Shown piece by piece: positions 46,360 through 56,062 of a stretch of 58,991 bases of DNA. The stretch is from Minisyncoccota bacterium. GTDB taxonomy: Bacteria; Patescibacteriota; Minisyncoccia; Phycocordibacterales; Phycocordibacteraceae. The translations under genes were made by a program, and so were the position numbers. The stretch is from contig JAQVIY010000004.1 of NCBI GenBank assembly GCA_028695415.1, positions 1 through 58,991 on the forward strand. The letters are read 5' to 3'. Each line of letters starts with the position of its first letter. Position 1 is the stretch's first letter. The notes under the pieces were generated by a model. The model did not search any database. It was given only the letters and a program-made list of their open reading frames with translations, and was not told the DNA's origin.

Positions 46360-47382
46360 GTGACCGTTCTTACGGTCACCGTGTTCGTGCCGGATCACGC
46401 AAGTGCGTTCTGGCCTTTTTCTACCAACGCGGATGCGGCGGCCAATACGGTCATCCCGAGTTCTTCAACGCCGGTGCTCTCCGCTTCAGTCAACAGTAAT
46501 CCAAACATTGGCGCACCTATAGCGCTCGCCGTCTCGAGCGATTCGGCCCTCGTCTCATACGGCGGTCCCGCCGGCACTACGGCAGACGTCGTGGGAGCGA
46601 CGACTCCTGACCGCATCTCGGTCTATGTCGTGCGCAAGGGCGATACGCTCGGAGAGATAGCCGATATGTTCGGTGTCTCGGTAAATACCGTCAAATGGGC
46701 GAACAACATCACGAGCGCGGGAGACGTACACGTCGGCGACACACTCATCATACTGCCGGTCTCGGGTGTGAAGCGCACGGTCGTAAAGGGCGATACGCTC
46801 AAATCTATTGCGAAAAAGTATGGCGCAGACGTCGATGAAATAGCGACCTTCAACGGACTCGACTCCTCAGATCCACTCATCGTCGGAACGACGCTCATCA
46901 TACCCGGCGCTGAAGTCGCTCCGGCAGCACCTGCCCCGAAAAGCTCTCCCAAGAAGGTCGGGAATGAACCGTACCGCGGCGGGAGCGGGAGTGTACAAAA
47001 CGGATACTATTCTAATCCGATTCCAGGTGCCGCGCTTACCCAAGGCATTCATGGCTGGAACGGTGTCGATTTCGGCGCAGCACGCGGCACCCCGATTCGC
47101 GCCGCCGCAGACGGCGTCGTCATCATCGCACGCGGCGGGGGCAGCTGGAACGGCGGGTACGGCAATTATGTCGTTATCACTCACGACAACGGTACTCAGA
47201 CGCTCTACGGCCACATGAAGAGTGTCCTCGTATCGGCCGGGCAATCCGTATCGGCCGGCCAGACTATCGGCTATGTCGGTTCGACTGGCCTCTCGACTGG
47301 CCCGCACCTTCACTTCGAGGTTCGCGGCGCCGCAAACCCTTTCCGTAATTGCCCCGTTGGCGGCATCTGCCAGCCTCAATAA
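46360..47382 (+). CDS. LysM-domain M23 peptidase (peptidoglycan endopeptidase)
   Basis: Two LysM repeats (YVVRKGDTLGEIA.., VVKGDTLKSIA..); M23 motifs GVDFGA..GTPI and HLHFEV. Start uncertain: the frame is open from 46279. Confidence 0.8.
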   Translation: MTVLTVTVFVPDHASAFWPFSTNADAAANTVIPSSSTPVLSASVNSNPNIGAPIALAVSSDSALVSYGGPAGTTADVVGATTPDRISVYVVRKGDTLGEIADMFGVSVNTVKWANNITSAGDVHVGDTLIILPVSGVKRTVVKGDTLKSIAKKYGADVDEIATFNGLDSSDPLIVGTTLIIPGAEVAPAAPAPKSSPKKVGNEPYRGGSGSVQNGYYSNPIPGAALTQGIHGWNGVDFGAARGTPIRAAADGVVIIARGGGSWNGGYGNYVVITHDNGTQTLYGHMKSVLVSAGQSVSAGQTIGYVGSTGLSTGPHLHFEVRGAANPFRNCPVGGICQPQ

Positions 47383-47472
47383 GCGTTACTTGCACGCTTC
47401 CTCCCAGCGTTCGTTCGCAAAAGAGAAATTCTGATTTCTCTTTTGTCTCACTCTCTTGGTAGTAGGTAGCCT

Positions 47473-49041
47473 CTATTCAAATCCGAACAAACCGCGTGGA
47501 CGGTATTGAAGCGCTTCATGGATATGCGCCGGGGTAACAGTGTCAGTGCCGGCGAGATCGGCGATAGTGCGCGCAACGCGCATCGTGCGGTGATAGCTCC
47601 GCGGTGAAAGATTCAATCGCACGGCAGACTGAGTGAGCGCCTCCTTCGCAGCGGCAGTGAAGCCGCTCTTTTCATCGAGCTCACGCCCCGAGAGCGCAGC
47701 ATTCGTCGCACTCGATTTCCCCATACGCTTCGCTGCTTTCGCACGCGCGGCGACCACGCGGTCACGCACGACAGATGATGATTCCCCGTTTGAAAGTTTT
47801 GAAAGCGTGTCGTGTGGCACGAGCGGCACCTCGATCCAAAGGTCAAGCCGATCGACGATAGGGCGGCTGATGCGTCGGGCCTGTTTCGCCGCCGCGCGTG
47901 CCATCGTGCGAGAATCTTCTGAAAGCGTATCAGCGGGATTCATCGCGACAACTATCATGCAATCAGCGGGAAAAGTGACAGAAGCGCGAGCGCGCGAGAC
48001 GGTTACCACCCTATCTTCAAGCGGTTGGCGCAACGCCTCGAGCGTCCGCGAATCAAATTCAGGGAACTCATCGAGGAAGAGGACTCCTTTGTGCGCGAGC
48101 GTCACTTCTCCCGCCTTCGGGAAAGCGCCTCCGCCCACTATCGCAACGTGCGATATCGAGTGATGCGGTGCGCGGAACGGCGGCCAATGCACTGCTTCGC
48201 CATCTTTCAAGAGACCTGCCGTTGAGTGTATCGCGGTTACCTCGAGCATATCGTCATCGGCAAGCGGCGGGAGGATACCCGAGAGCGCGCGAGCAAGCAT
48301 CGTCTTTCCTGTTCCCGGAGGCCCGTAGAAGACAATGTTATGCCGACCGGCCGCCGCTATTTCGAGCGCGCGCTTTGCGCTCTCCTGCCCTTTCACATCA
48401 GAGAGGTCAAGAGCGAGCGGTTGTGCCGGCGTTCGGCGATCACGGAGAAGCCGTGGTAATGGTTTCTCTCCTTTCAAATGTTCCAGGAGTTCGGCGAGGG
48501 TCGTTGGGGTGTACACGATCATTCCTTCTGCGAGAAGCGCCTCGCGCGCATTCCCTGGCGGCACAAAAATAGTTGTTACTCCGTGACGTTTCGCAGCGAG
48601 CACCTGAGGCAAGACGCCCTTCACCGCGCGAAGGGTGCCATCAAGCGCGAGCTCGCCGACGAGAAGCATCTTCAGAGATGACTGCTTGAGTTCGCCGGCG
48701 GCGATGAGGTACGCAAGCGCGAGCGCGAGGTCGTAATGCGAGCCTTCTTTCTTCAAGTCTGCCGGCGAGAGCGAGAGTACGATACGCTTATTCTGCTTCT
48801 TGGGCGGCTTATGGCCGGAATGACGTATCGCGGCACTCAATCGATCGCGCGCTTCTTCGACCGCCTTATCGGCGAGCCCGACTATCGAGAACGCATGCAG
48901 CCCGCGCGTAAGGTCTGCTTCGACCGTGACCAGCTCGGCATTCGAGCCGACTGGCTGAGCGGCAAGCGTTTTGGCATAACCGCTTTTCTGCACCGTATGC
49001 TTTGCACGAACCGATGAAGCTTTCGGCTGTGTCGCATTCAT
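47473..49041 (-). CDS. comM: YifB/ComM family Mg-chelatase-like AAA+ ATPase
   Basis: Lon-like N-domain, [19 protein letters not shown]-terminal helical domain. Confidence 0.88.
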   Translation of the reverse strand: MNATQPKASSVRAKHTVQKSGYAKTLAAQPVGSNAELVTVEADLTRGLHAFSIVGLADKAVEEARDRLSAAIRHSGHKPPKKQNKRIVLSLSPADLKKEGSHYDLALALAYLIAAGELKQSSLKMLLVGELALDGTLRAVKGVLPQVLAAKRHGVTTIFVPPGNAREALLAEGMIVYTPTTLAELLEHLKGEKPLPRLLRDRRTPAQPLALDLSDVKGQESAKRALEIAAAGRHNIVFYGPPGTGKTMLARALSGILPPLADDDMLEVTAIHSTAGLLKDGEAVHWPPFRAPHHSISHVAIVGGGAFPKAGEVTLAHKGVLFLDEFPEFDSRTLEALRQPLEDRVVTVSRARASVTFPADCMIVVAMNPADTLSEDSRTMARAAAKQARRISRPIVDRLDLWIEVPLVPHDTLSKLSNGESSSVVRDRVVAARAKAAKRMGKSSATNAALSGRELDEKSGFTAAAKEALTQSAVRLNLSPRSYHRTMRVARTIADLAGTDTVTPAHIHEALQYRPRGLFGFE

Positions 49042-49047
49042 GTGTTT

Positions 49048-49395
49048 TTACAAATCTTTCACGCAGGTCGTCGCGGCAGGGTCGGCTTCGAGGCGTGCTT
49101 CCTCTATCTTCTCTCCACACACGGTACACTTCCCGTACGTTCCATGTTCTATGCGCGAAAGCGCCTCGACCACTGTGTCGTATCGCGCCTCGAGATCGGC
49201 CAGAATAGCATTATTGGTCTCATAGCTCGTGACAACATCCGCCTGATCAACCAAATCGGCTTCGACGCCTGTTTCTGACGGTATAGATTCCCAATCCCCC
49301 GGCACCGCAGGATTCTTGCGCCCCACGGTTCCCATTTCTGATTCGAGCTTCGTCTTTTCGGCTTCGAGTTTTTTCCTCAAGTGTTCGGTTTTCAT
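49048..49395 (-). CDS. DksA/TraR-family C4 zinc-finger protein
   Basis: Coiled-coil N-terminus, then CTVCGEKIEEARLEADPAATTC. Confidence 0.7.
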   Translation of the reverse strand: MKTEHLRKKLEAEKTKLESEMGTVGRKNPAVPGDWESIPSETGVEADLVDQADVVTSYETNNAILADLEARYDTVVEALSRIEHGTYGKCTVCGEKIEEARLEADPAATTCVKDL

Positions 49396-49419
49396 GCAGA
49401 GATGATACCAGATTACCGC

Positions 49420-50592
49420 TCAAAGCGAGCGCGAAGTCGCGAGTCGGCGGACTATCTCGGTAAACGCAGCATCGTCGCGCGCAATGATAAGCGTCTTCTG
49501 GTCCCAATATCCATAGATAAGCAACGTACGGCCGCTAGTGTCTCGATATGCGCGCGCGTCATGATTAGCGACGGTCGTGTCATAAAACGCGGCGACAGAT
49601 ACAGGCGCGGCTACGGGTGCCGGCGCGGGAGCCGTCGTTGTGGCCTGACGTGATTGTGAAGAAGTCGTTGCTGTTGTCGTCGCAATTTCCGGTACCGGAA
49701 CAGCAACCGACCGAGGAGCGGGATATTGAGGAAAAAGTTTGGCGAGATCGCGAAGCATGAGCGGTTCCCATGCAAGCATCGCTGCAAACGTGTCGCCATA
49801 TGAAGCAACGGACAGTATAAAGAACGGACTCTGCTTGCCGTTCACGAACACTACGCCCGCCATGCTCTGCGCAGGCTGTATATTGCGCGTAAGCGCACCA
49901 GGCGCCGGCAGAGCTAACGCCGAAAATATGCTCATATTAGAGCTCGTCGCGGTCTCAAGCGACAGAAGGCGGACAGCGCCCTGCTTGATAAGCGTTCCGA
50001 CCGACTGCGCCATCGCCAGAAGGAGAGCATCGCCGGAGCCCGATATCTGGGTATGCTCATCAACGAATATGGGTGTTGCTATCGTCGGAGCTATCACAAC
50101 AGGTGGCGCCTCGGCGCTGAGGAGAGCACTGTATGCGATATAGACGCCGACTATACCCCCGATAAGCAGTACACCGCCCGCGATACCGTAGATGAGATTA
50201 GTGCGCGAGACATTCTCTTTTGTAGGCACGAGCTCCGGTACACGAGGCGCTTCATCCTGCTCTGCTGCAAGTACCGTAACCGCAGACGCCTGCGTCTCTT
50301 TCATTCGCCGGGAAAAATCGCTCGCATACGTCTTGAGCGGTACTATCGGGCGTTCTTCAGAAAGGGCCGGTTCAGTCTTGATCTTGTTTTCGAGCGGTGC
50401 CGGAGCGGGTGCCGGTACCAGAGGGAGGGCGGGTGCTTCGACAAGCCGTTCAGAAGATGCGGGTGCAGGCGCTCCACGAAGCGCTTCTTGAAAAGCTTCA
50501 GCATGATGGAGCGGAACAAGTTCTGGCTTATCGCCTTTTTGTATCGCCTCAACGTCGCCTCCGAATGTCCGAATGTACTTATCGTCAGCCAT
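49420..50592 (-). CDS. hypothetical single-pass membrane protein
   Basis: Start trimmed to MADDKYIRTF; central TM segment (LIYGIAGGVLLIGGIVGVYIAY); Pro/Ala/Thr-rich tracts. Confidence 0.55.
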   Translation of the reverse strand: MADDKYIRTFGGDVEAIQKGDKPELVPLHHAEAFQEALRGAPAPASSERLVEAPALPLVPAPAPAPLENKIKTEPALSEERPIVPLKTYASDFSRRMKETQASAVTVLAAEQDEAPRVPELVPTKENVSRTNLIYGIAGGVLLIGGIVGVYIAYSALLSAEAPPVVIAPTIATPIFVDEHTQISGSGDALLLAMAQSVGTLIKQGAVRLLSLETATSSNMSIFSALALPAPGALTRNIQPAQSMAGVVFVNGKQSPFFILSVASYGDTFAAMLAWEPLMLRDLAKLFPQYPAPRSVAVPVPEIATTTATTSSQSRQATTTAPAPAPVAAPVSVAAFYDTTVANHDARAYRDTSGRTLLIYGYWDQKTLIIARDDAAFTEIVRRLATSRSL

Positions 50593-50652
50593 TGTCTTTA
50601 TAATACCGCACACGTCGTGAAGACGTGTGCGGTAGTTGTCGTCCGAGTGCGT

Positions 50653-51165
50653 TTAGCGCGAAGTGATAGTGAACTTCTTCGGATCGTCGCACATATCAGT
50701 AAAGGCATGTGCAACCTCTTTCAGTTTTGCAGACGAAGATTTGCCAAAGGAGATCACTTCGACCTGGCACCCTTCGTGCATATCGAGGTACTGGATGAGC
50801 GGGATAAAGTCGCCATCGCCGGTAGCCAGGATAACCGTGTCGAGCTTCGGCGCGAGCTTCACCGCATCGATCGCGAGCCCGACATCCCAGTCGGCCTTCT
50901 TCGCGCCATCAGCGAATATCTGAAGGTCCTTTACTTTGGTCTCGATGCCTATCTTGGTAAGTGCCTCGAAGAAGTTCGTCTCGTCGCCGCTCTCGGTCGA
51001 GATGACATACGCGATAGCACGCACCAGGACGCGGCCTCCTACCGCCTCTTCGAGCACTTTGGCGAAGTTGACCCGCGCCTTGTAGAGATGTTTTGCACTG
51101 TGATAGAGATTCTGCGTGTCGATAAATACGCCCACACGCTGGGCCGGATGTTTGATAACTGCCAT
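50653..51165 (-). CDS. NYN (LabA/DUF88-like) domain protein, predicted RNase
   Basis: VGVFIDTQNLYHS ... DTVILATGDGDFIPLI. Confidence 0.7.
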   Translation of the reverse strand: MAVIKHPAQRVGVFIDTQNLYHSAKHLYKARVNFAKVLEEAVGGRVLVRAIAYVISTESGDETNFFEALTKIGIETKVKDLQIFADGAKKADWDVGLAIDAVKLAPKLDTVILATGDGDFIPLIQYLDMHEGCQVEVISFGKSSSAKLKEVAHAFTDMCDDPKKFTITSR

Positions 51166-51230
51166 ATAAATAGGGCTTATGAAAATAACCTACTAAAAGC
51201 GCACACATTCATGATACCACCAGAATCCTA

Positions 51231-51340
51231 GTCAGAAATCGATGAGATGCGCGGAGCGGCCGAGGAGCGGAGCGAGCCGTACTAGAAGGTACGGCGAGCG
51301 AGCACCGGAGACCGCGACAAAGCAGCTCGCGATTTCTGAC
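51231..51340 (-). other. 110-nt extended imperfect hairpin starting 3 nt after the rpsO stop
   Basis: 11-bp terminal arms gtcagaaatcg/cgatttctgac enclosing an inner gccgtac/gtacggc stem. Confidence 0.5.
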
Positions 51341-51343
51341 GGA

Positions 51344-51610
51344 TTACTTCTTGAGACCGAGCTTCTTGATCACCGCATTGTAGCGGCGCTTGTCATTCGT
51401 CTCGAGATAGCGCAAGTGCGAACGGCGATCGGCGACCATCTGAAGAAGACCTCGGCGGGAGTGGAAATCCTTCGGGTTCTTCTTCAAATGCTTCGCGAGC
51501 TCGTCGATCTGCTTGGAGAGAAGCGCGACCTGCACATCGGCTGAGCCGGTGTCAGTGTCGTGGCGGGCAATACCTTTGATAACCGCCGTCTTTTTCTTCG
51601 TGGTAAGCAT
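51344..51610 (-). CDS. rpsO: 30S ribosomal protein S15
   Basis: DTGSADVQVALLSKQIDELAKHLKKNPKDFHSRRGLLQMV. Confidence 0.93.
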   Translation of the reverse strand: MLTTKKKTAVIKGIARHDTDTGSADVQVALLSKQIDELAKHLKKNPKDFHSRRGLLQMVADRRSHLRYLETNDKRRYNAVIKKLGLKK

Positions 51611-51702
51611 GTGCCGCTACCTTACCACGCCTTGTGAAATTACGCAAGTATCGCAGAATGCGCCGCAAGAAGAGTGCGCACAATATTTGCTACACTTACC
51701 CT

Positions 51703-52623
51703 ATGAAAGCTGAGGACGCGAAGCGGCAGTTTCTCGAATACATCGAGATCGAGCGCGGGCGCGCGGTAAAGACGGTCGAGAATTATGACCGCTATCTCTC
51801 TCGCTATTTTGAGCAGATGGGGGTGAAAGGTATCGGTGACATCAGCGAACAGAATGTCCGTGAATTCCGCCTCTGGCTCAACCGCCAGAAAGGGAGCGGA
51901 AGCGATTCTATGAAGCGCCGCACTCAGAATTACTATATGATCGCGCTCCGCGCGTTCCTCAAGTTCCTCCGGAAGCGTGATATCGAAGCAATCAGTCCTG
52001 AAAAAATCGAGCTCGCGAAGCTTCCTGAGCGGCAGCTCGACCTTATTACCTCTGCTGAGCTTGAGCGCCTGCTTAGAGCACCATTAGACGCGTTTGCAAA
52101 AGAGACTGATGAGTACAAGAAGATTGCTTATCTGCGCGACGCCGCTATCCTCGAACTCCTCTTCTCTACGGGGCTCCGCGTCTCCGAGCTTTGCGCACTC
52201 AACAGCGACATCGACCTCTCACGTGACGAGATGTCGGTGCGCGGCAAGGGCGAGAAGGTGCGAGTCGTCTTCCTCTCCCCTGCCGCAAAGAACGCGGTGC
52301 GCGACTATTTGAAAGCTCGTAAGGATATGGAGGAAGCACTCTTTGTAGACGGTCGACAAGACGCGCCTCATCGCATCACGCCGAGAGATGTACAGCGTCA
52401 TCTGAAAACGTATGTCGCGCGTGCTGGCATCACTTCAGTCGTTACGCCGCACACCCTCCGCCACGCGTTCGCCACCGACCTCCTCTCAAACGGCGCCGAT
52501 ATTCGCTCTGTGCAACAGCTCCTCGGACACGCTTCAATCAACACGACGCAGATCTATACCCACATCACCGACTCGCATCTGCGTGAGATACATAAAAAGT
52601 TCCACGGCAAGAATCGTGAATAA
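51703..52623 (+). CDS. tyrosine recombinase XerC/XerD family
   Basis: SAM-like N-domain; R..HTLRHAFATDLL..GHASINTTQIYTH catalytic blocks. Start trimmed to ATG 51703. Confidence 0.85.
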   Translation: MKAEDAKRQFLEYIEIERGRAVKTVENYDRYLSRYFEQMGVKGIGDISEQNVREFRLWLNRQKGSGSDSMKRRTQNYYMIALRAFLKFLRKRDIEAISPEKIELAKLPERQLDLITSAELERLLRAPLDAFAKETDEYKKIAYLRDAAILELLFSTGLRVSELCALNSDIDLSRDEMSVRGKGEKVRVVFLSPAAKNAVRDYLKARKDMEEALFVDGRQDAPHRITPRDVQRHLKTYVARAGITSVVTPHTLRHAFATDLLSNGADIRSVQQLLGHASINTTQIYTHITDSHLREIHKKFHGKNRE

Positions 52624-52673
52624 AAAAGATCGCCCCTGCGTAATGCATGAGGGCGATTATGTTTCGTCGGGGC

Positions 52674-53009
52674 CTATGGCTTTGTCCTAAACGCGTATCC
52701 TCCTCCCTGCACAACGCGTATTCGGCAAAGTCTGCCGTCCTTCCTGATAAAGCGTATTCCCCTGCCCTGCTTCTGATTTCTGGTCGTTCTCGGGCTCAGC
52801 TGCCTCTTACACCAACTCATCACTTCGGGCGGACAGGTCGACACGTCGTGCAGAAATCTCAGAAACTTCTCCCGCGTCGCCGGCGTATCGCTGAATACTT
52901 CTTTGAAAATCTGCCACTCCCTGAAACCGTCACCGTGCGTCTTCGCTAAGCACGGGAGAACCTCCTCATCGAAGAAGCGCCGTACTTCCTCACATGCTCT
53001 GAAACTCAT
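52674..53009 (-). CDS. hypothetical 111-aa protein
   Basis: AAGGAG Shine-Dalgarno sequence 6 nt before ATG 53009. No recognised motif. Confidence 0.5.
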   Translation of the reverse strand: MSFRACEEVRRFFDEEVLPCLAKTHGDGFREWQIFKEVFSDTPATREKFLRFLHDVSTCPPEVMSWCKRQLSPRTTRNQKQGRGIRFIRKDGRLCRIRVVQGGGYAFRTKP

Positions 53010-53166
53010 TTTGGCTCCTTTCCTATGTGTGTGCATGTCTAACAATAATAACTACCCTCAAAAGCGTTTTGTTGCAACAGCCTCTGGTGCTACTCTTCAT
53101 GATATGAACCCCATTAGAAATCTCTTCTTTATGAGTTCTGTTTGTATTCCCGGTCAATAATCTGCT

Positions 53167-53955
53167 ATGTCTGGAATTTCTAACGGGGCAAGAATCGTGT
53201 CGTGGAACGTGAATGGCCTGCGCTCGCTCGCCAATAACGGCTACTGGGAGTCATTTCTAAAGGAGACCAAGCCCGATATCTTCTGCCTCCAAGAGACCAA
53301 GGCCTCGCCAGAGCAGCTTACGGAACAATTCCTCTCCCCCGCCGGCTACTCAGCATTCTTTTCTTCCTGCGAAGTGCGCAAGGGCTACAGCGGCGTCGCG
53401 CTCTATTCGAAAGTCGAGCCGCTCAAAGTAATGTATGGAATGGGCATCAAAGAATTCGATCAGGAGGGGCGCTTTATCGGCGCAGAATACGAGGACTTCT
53501 GGCTCATAAACGCCTACTTCCCCAACGGCGGCCGCGGCCCGGAGCGCATTGAGTACAAGCTTCGTTTCTATGACGCATTCCTTTCGTTCGTCGAGAAGCT
53601 ACGAAAAGAGAAATCGGTCATTTTCTGTGGCGACGTGAACACCGCCCACGAGGAAATAGATCTCGCCCGACCAAAAGAAAACGAGAAGAATACGGGCTTC
53701 TTGCCTGAGGAGCGTGCCTGGATAGACGAGGTTATCGCCGCAGGATATGTCGATTCCTATCGCCACTTCCACCCGCAGACAAAAGATATCTATACCTTCT
53801 GGGATATGCAGACGCGCGCTCGCGACCGCAATGTCGGCTGGCGCCTCGACTATTTCTTCGTAGTCTCCGAGTTTATGCGCCGAGTAAAGTCGGCCGCTAT
53901 CCTTTCCGATATCTACGGCTCCGACCACTGCCCCGTTTCTATTACCCTCTCATAA
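53167..53955 (+). CDS. xth: exodeoxyribonuclease III
   Basis: IVSWNVNGLRS, FCLQETK, GDVNTAHEEIDL, GSDHCPV. Confidence 0.92.
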   Translation: MSGISNGARIVSWNVNGLRSLANNGYWESFLKETKPDIFCLQETKASPEQLTEQFLSPAGYSAFFSSCEVRKGYSGVALYSKVEPLKVMYGMGIKEFDQEGRFIGAEYEDFWLINAYFPNGGRGPERIEYKLRFYDAFLSFVEKLRKEKSVIFCGDVNTAHEEIDLARPKENEKNTGFLPEERAWIDEVIAAGYVDSYRHFHPQTKDIYTFWDMQTRARDRNVGWRLDYFFVVSEFMRRVKSAAILSDIYGSDHCPVSITLS

Positions 53956-53986
53956 AGGACACATCCTTCGGCTACTCGGGACGGGG

Positions 53987-53995
53987 TTATCCACA
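53987..53995 (+). promoter_or_regulatory. perfect DnaA-box 9-mer
   Basis: TTATCCACA, inside an aggacac...gtgtcct hairpin just after xth. Confidence 0.3.
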
Positions 53996-54283
53996 GCGTG
54001 TCCTTTACATTGTCCTTTAGTGCTTTATTCTGTATCTCAGAGGCAGCAGCTTGTTACTTCGGTAAGGAGTTGTTGTCGGAGGAAGATCTTTACTGGCTCT
54101 TTACATCGGCATCAATCTGTCAATCACTAGGTGCCTGCCCACGCTCGCGGCGTATCCGCACTACAAGCCCTACGGTATGGTGTTCCACGTGAAAGGCACA
54201 GAAGTATGCAAAACATTCAAACCGCCCACATTTACTAGGTCCGAGGCACCATCAACGCCCTTCGCTCCTTTTATCGCTCTCGG

Positions 54284-54310
54284 CCACCCATTGGGTGGTT
54301 TGTTTATTTA
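54284..54310 (+). terminator. terminator-like hairpin in the xth-cca spacer
   Basis: ccaccc att gggtgg, followed by tttgtttattta. Confidence 0.35.
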
Positions 54311-54430
54311 TGGTGATTATAGGTCCAGATTCCAAATGAACGTTCGGTGCAAAATTCATTTCACATATAACGATACAAGATGGTTCACGTGGAACCATTC
54401 CATCTCCTAATGCTCAATCCCTCGCCTGAT

Positions 54431-54467
54431 GACTCGGGACTAGGCACTCGAAGACTCGTGTCCTAGC
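54431..54467. repeat. 37-bp hairpin repeat, copy 1
   Basis: gactcgggactaggcactcgaagactcgtgtcctagc; internal stem ctaggcac/gtg(t)cctag. Confidence 0.85.
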
Positions 54468-54522
54468 TCTTCACCTGCTGGTTCAGGATTTCAGGCCTCG
54501 CGGCCTTAACAATCCTTCAACA

Positions 54523-54559
54523 GACTCAGGACTAGGCACTCGAAGACTCGTGTCCTAGC
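54523..54559. repeat. 37-bp hairpin repeat, copy 2 (36/37 identical), overlapping the cca stop codon
   Basis: gactcaggactaggcactcgaagactcgtgtcctagc. Confidence 0.85.
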
Positions 54560-56018
54560 ACACGTGATGCTTTTCCATTATCTGGCGTATTTCCTCATCT
54601 TCTGCTACTTCCCTCCTCTGCTTCCCTGCTTCGCCAAGATTCATAAGGGCGTCTTCTGGCATTTCAAGCAGTTCTTCCGTCCGTTTATCTAGGTATTCCC
54701 TTGTGTTTCTGGCTGAATCATCAAGTATCTCCTCAAGAAGGGCATTGAGCGTCCACCCTATCTTCGGTCCTGGGTTCACGTGGAACGTTTTCATTATGTG
54801 TTCGCCGTTGGTCTTGAGCATCTTTACCGAGATAGGATCGCGAAGCGCTTGCTCGACCATCGCCTTATACTTACGGAATCTAAAAGGCTGTTCTTTAGGC
54901 CTACCAGTGCCTACGCGGTCGCAAATACGCAGATTTAGGAGATCCCATATATGTTCCTCTCCAACATTGGTAATCATACGTCGCACCGCCGAGAGAGTAA
55001 TCTGCTCCGGGTCAGAAAAGAACATATGCCAACGGACGAGTTTTGTTGCCCTCTCTATGGTCTCACGAGGGAAGCGCAGATCCTCAAGTGCCTTCTTTGT
55101 TACACGTGAACCGACGACTTCATGCCCGTGGAAGCTCCATTCTTTCTTCGTTTCTGACCAGCAGCGAGTCTCTGGCTTAGATACATCGTGGAATAGGGCA
55201 GCGAGACGTATATCCAGACTCCACCCCTTATCCGCAGCATGCTGAAGAGAGCGTAAATTGTGCTCAAATACATTGTAGCTGTGTGCCTGATTCTGTTCTA
55301 CGCCTATGCCGCGAGGCAAATCGGGAGAGATAAATTTCAGTATTCCCAGCTGTTGCGCGAGCACGAGCGCGTTCATAGGTTTATCCGAGTTCAAAATTCT
55401 TACCAGTTCATCACGAACTCTTTCACGTGAAACGTGGCGTAGATGCTCACTATTTTTGCTTATTGCCTCAGCAGTGCCACCGTCTATGCCAAAATCGAGC
55501 TCAGCGACGAAACGTACGGCACGAAGCATTCGTAGAGCGTCCTCATTGAGGCGTAGAGAGGCGTTACCCACCGCGCGTACCAGTTTGTCCTTTATGTCCT
55601 TTTGACCTTCGTACGGGTCAATGAGGTGTCCTTGAGCATCATCGAGCGCAATAGCATTGATAGTGAAGTCGCGACGTGCGAGGTCTTCCAAGAGGGAAGC
55701 GCCGAACGTCACGGTATCTGGTCGGCGCTTATCAGAATATGCGGACTCAGTGCGATAGGGTGTCACTTCAATTATCGCGAGACGAGCGTCTAGAGAACCT
55801 GTCTTTACCCCGACGGTACCGTAATCGTTTTCGTAAAAAGAGTCAGTAAATATGCCCTGTATTTGCTCTGGAGTCGCGTTGGTAGTGATATCCCAGTCCT
55901 TAGGCTCCTTGCCGATAATAAGATCACGCACGCACCCGCCCACGAGGTACGCCTCGAAGCCGGCCTTTCGCAGGCCGCTCGAAACTATCTCTACCTCTTT
56001 AGGGATGCGATACTTCAT
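54555..56018 (-). CDS. cca: CCA-adding enzyme / tRNA nucleotidyltransferase with HD domain
   Basis: YLVGGCVRDLIIGKEPKDWDITT, RRDFTINA, HD domain (LFHDVSKP). Start trimmed to ATG 56018. Confidence 0.88.
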   Translation of the reverse strand: MKYRIPKEVEIVSSGLRKAGFEAYLVGGCVRDLIIGKEPKDWDITTNATPEQIQGIFTDSFYENDYGTVGVKTGSLDARLAIIEVTPYRTESAYSDKRRPDTVTFGASLLEDLARRDFTINAIALDDAQGHLIDPYEGQKDIKDKLVRAVGNASLRLNEDALRMLRAVRFVAELDFGIDGGTAEAISKNSEHLRHVSRERVRDELVRILNSDKPMNALVLAQQLGILKFISPDLPRGIGVEQNQAHSYNVFEHNLRSLQHAADKGWSLDIRLAALFHDVSKPETRCWSETKKEWSFHGHEVVGSRVTKKALEDLRFPRETIERATKLVRWHMFFSDPEQITLSAVRRMITNVGEEHIWDLLNLRICDRVGTGRPKEQPFRFRKYKAMVEQALRDPISVKMLKTNGEHIMKTFHVNPGPKIGWTLNALLEEILDDSARNTREYLDKRTEELLEMPEDALMNLGEAGKQRREVAEDEEIRQIMEKHHVC

Positions 56019-56062
56019 GCGCAAATCGTACCACATGGACGCTTCTCTCTTATTCCTTTTTG

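Noticed and set aside
50053-51231. 392-aa plus-strand ORF.
   Set aside because: Antisense to the NYN gene and the neighbouring membrane protein gene. The product is Arg/Cys-rich nonsense and there is no ribosome-binding site.
53998-54410. 64-aa and 77-aa plus-strand ORFs in the xth-cca spacer.
   Set aside because: Neither has a usable RBS-start spacing. The 77-aa ORF reads through a terminator-like hairpin, and the composition is unlike neighbouring genes.
54431-54559. Possible mini-CRISPR array (two 37-bp repeats separated by a 55-bp spacer).
   Set aside because: There are only two copies. The spacer is too long and is itself a hairpin. No cas genes or leader are present, and the second copy overlaps the cca stop codon. 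Treated as hairpin repeats instead.
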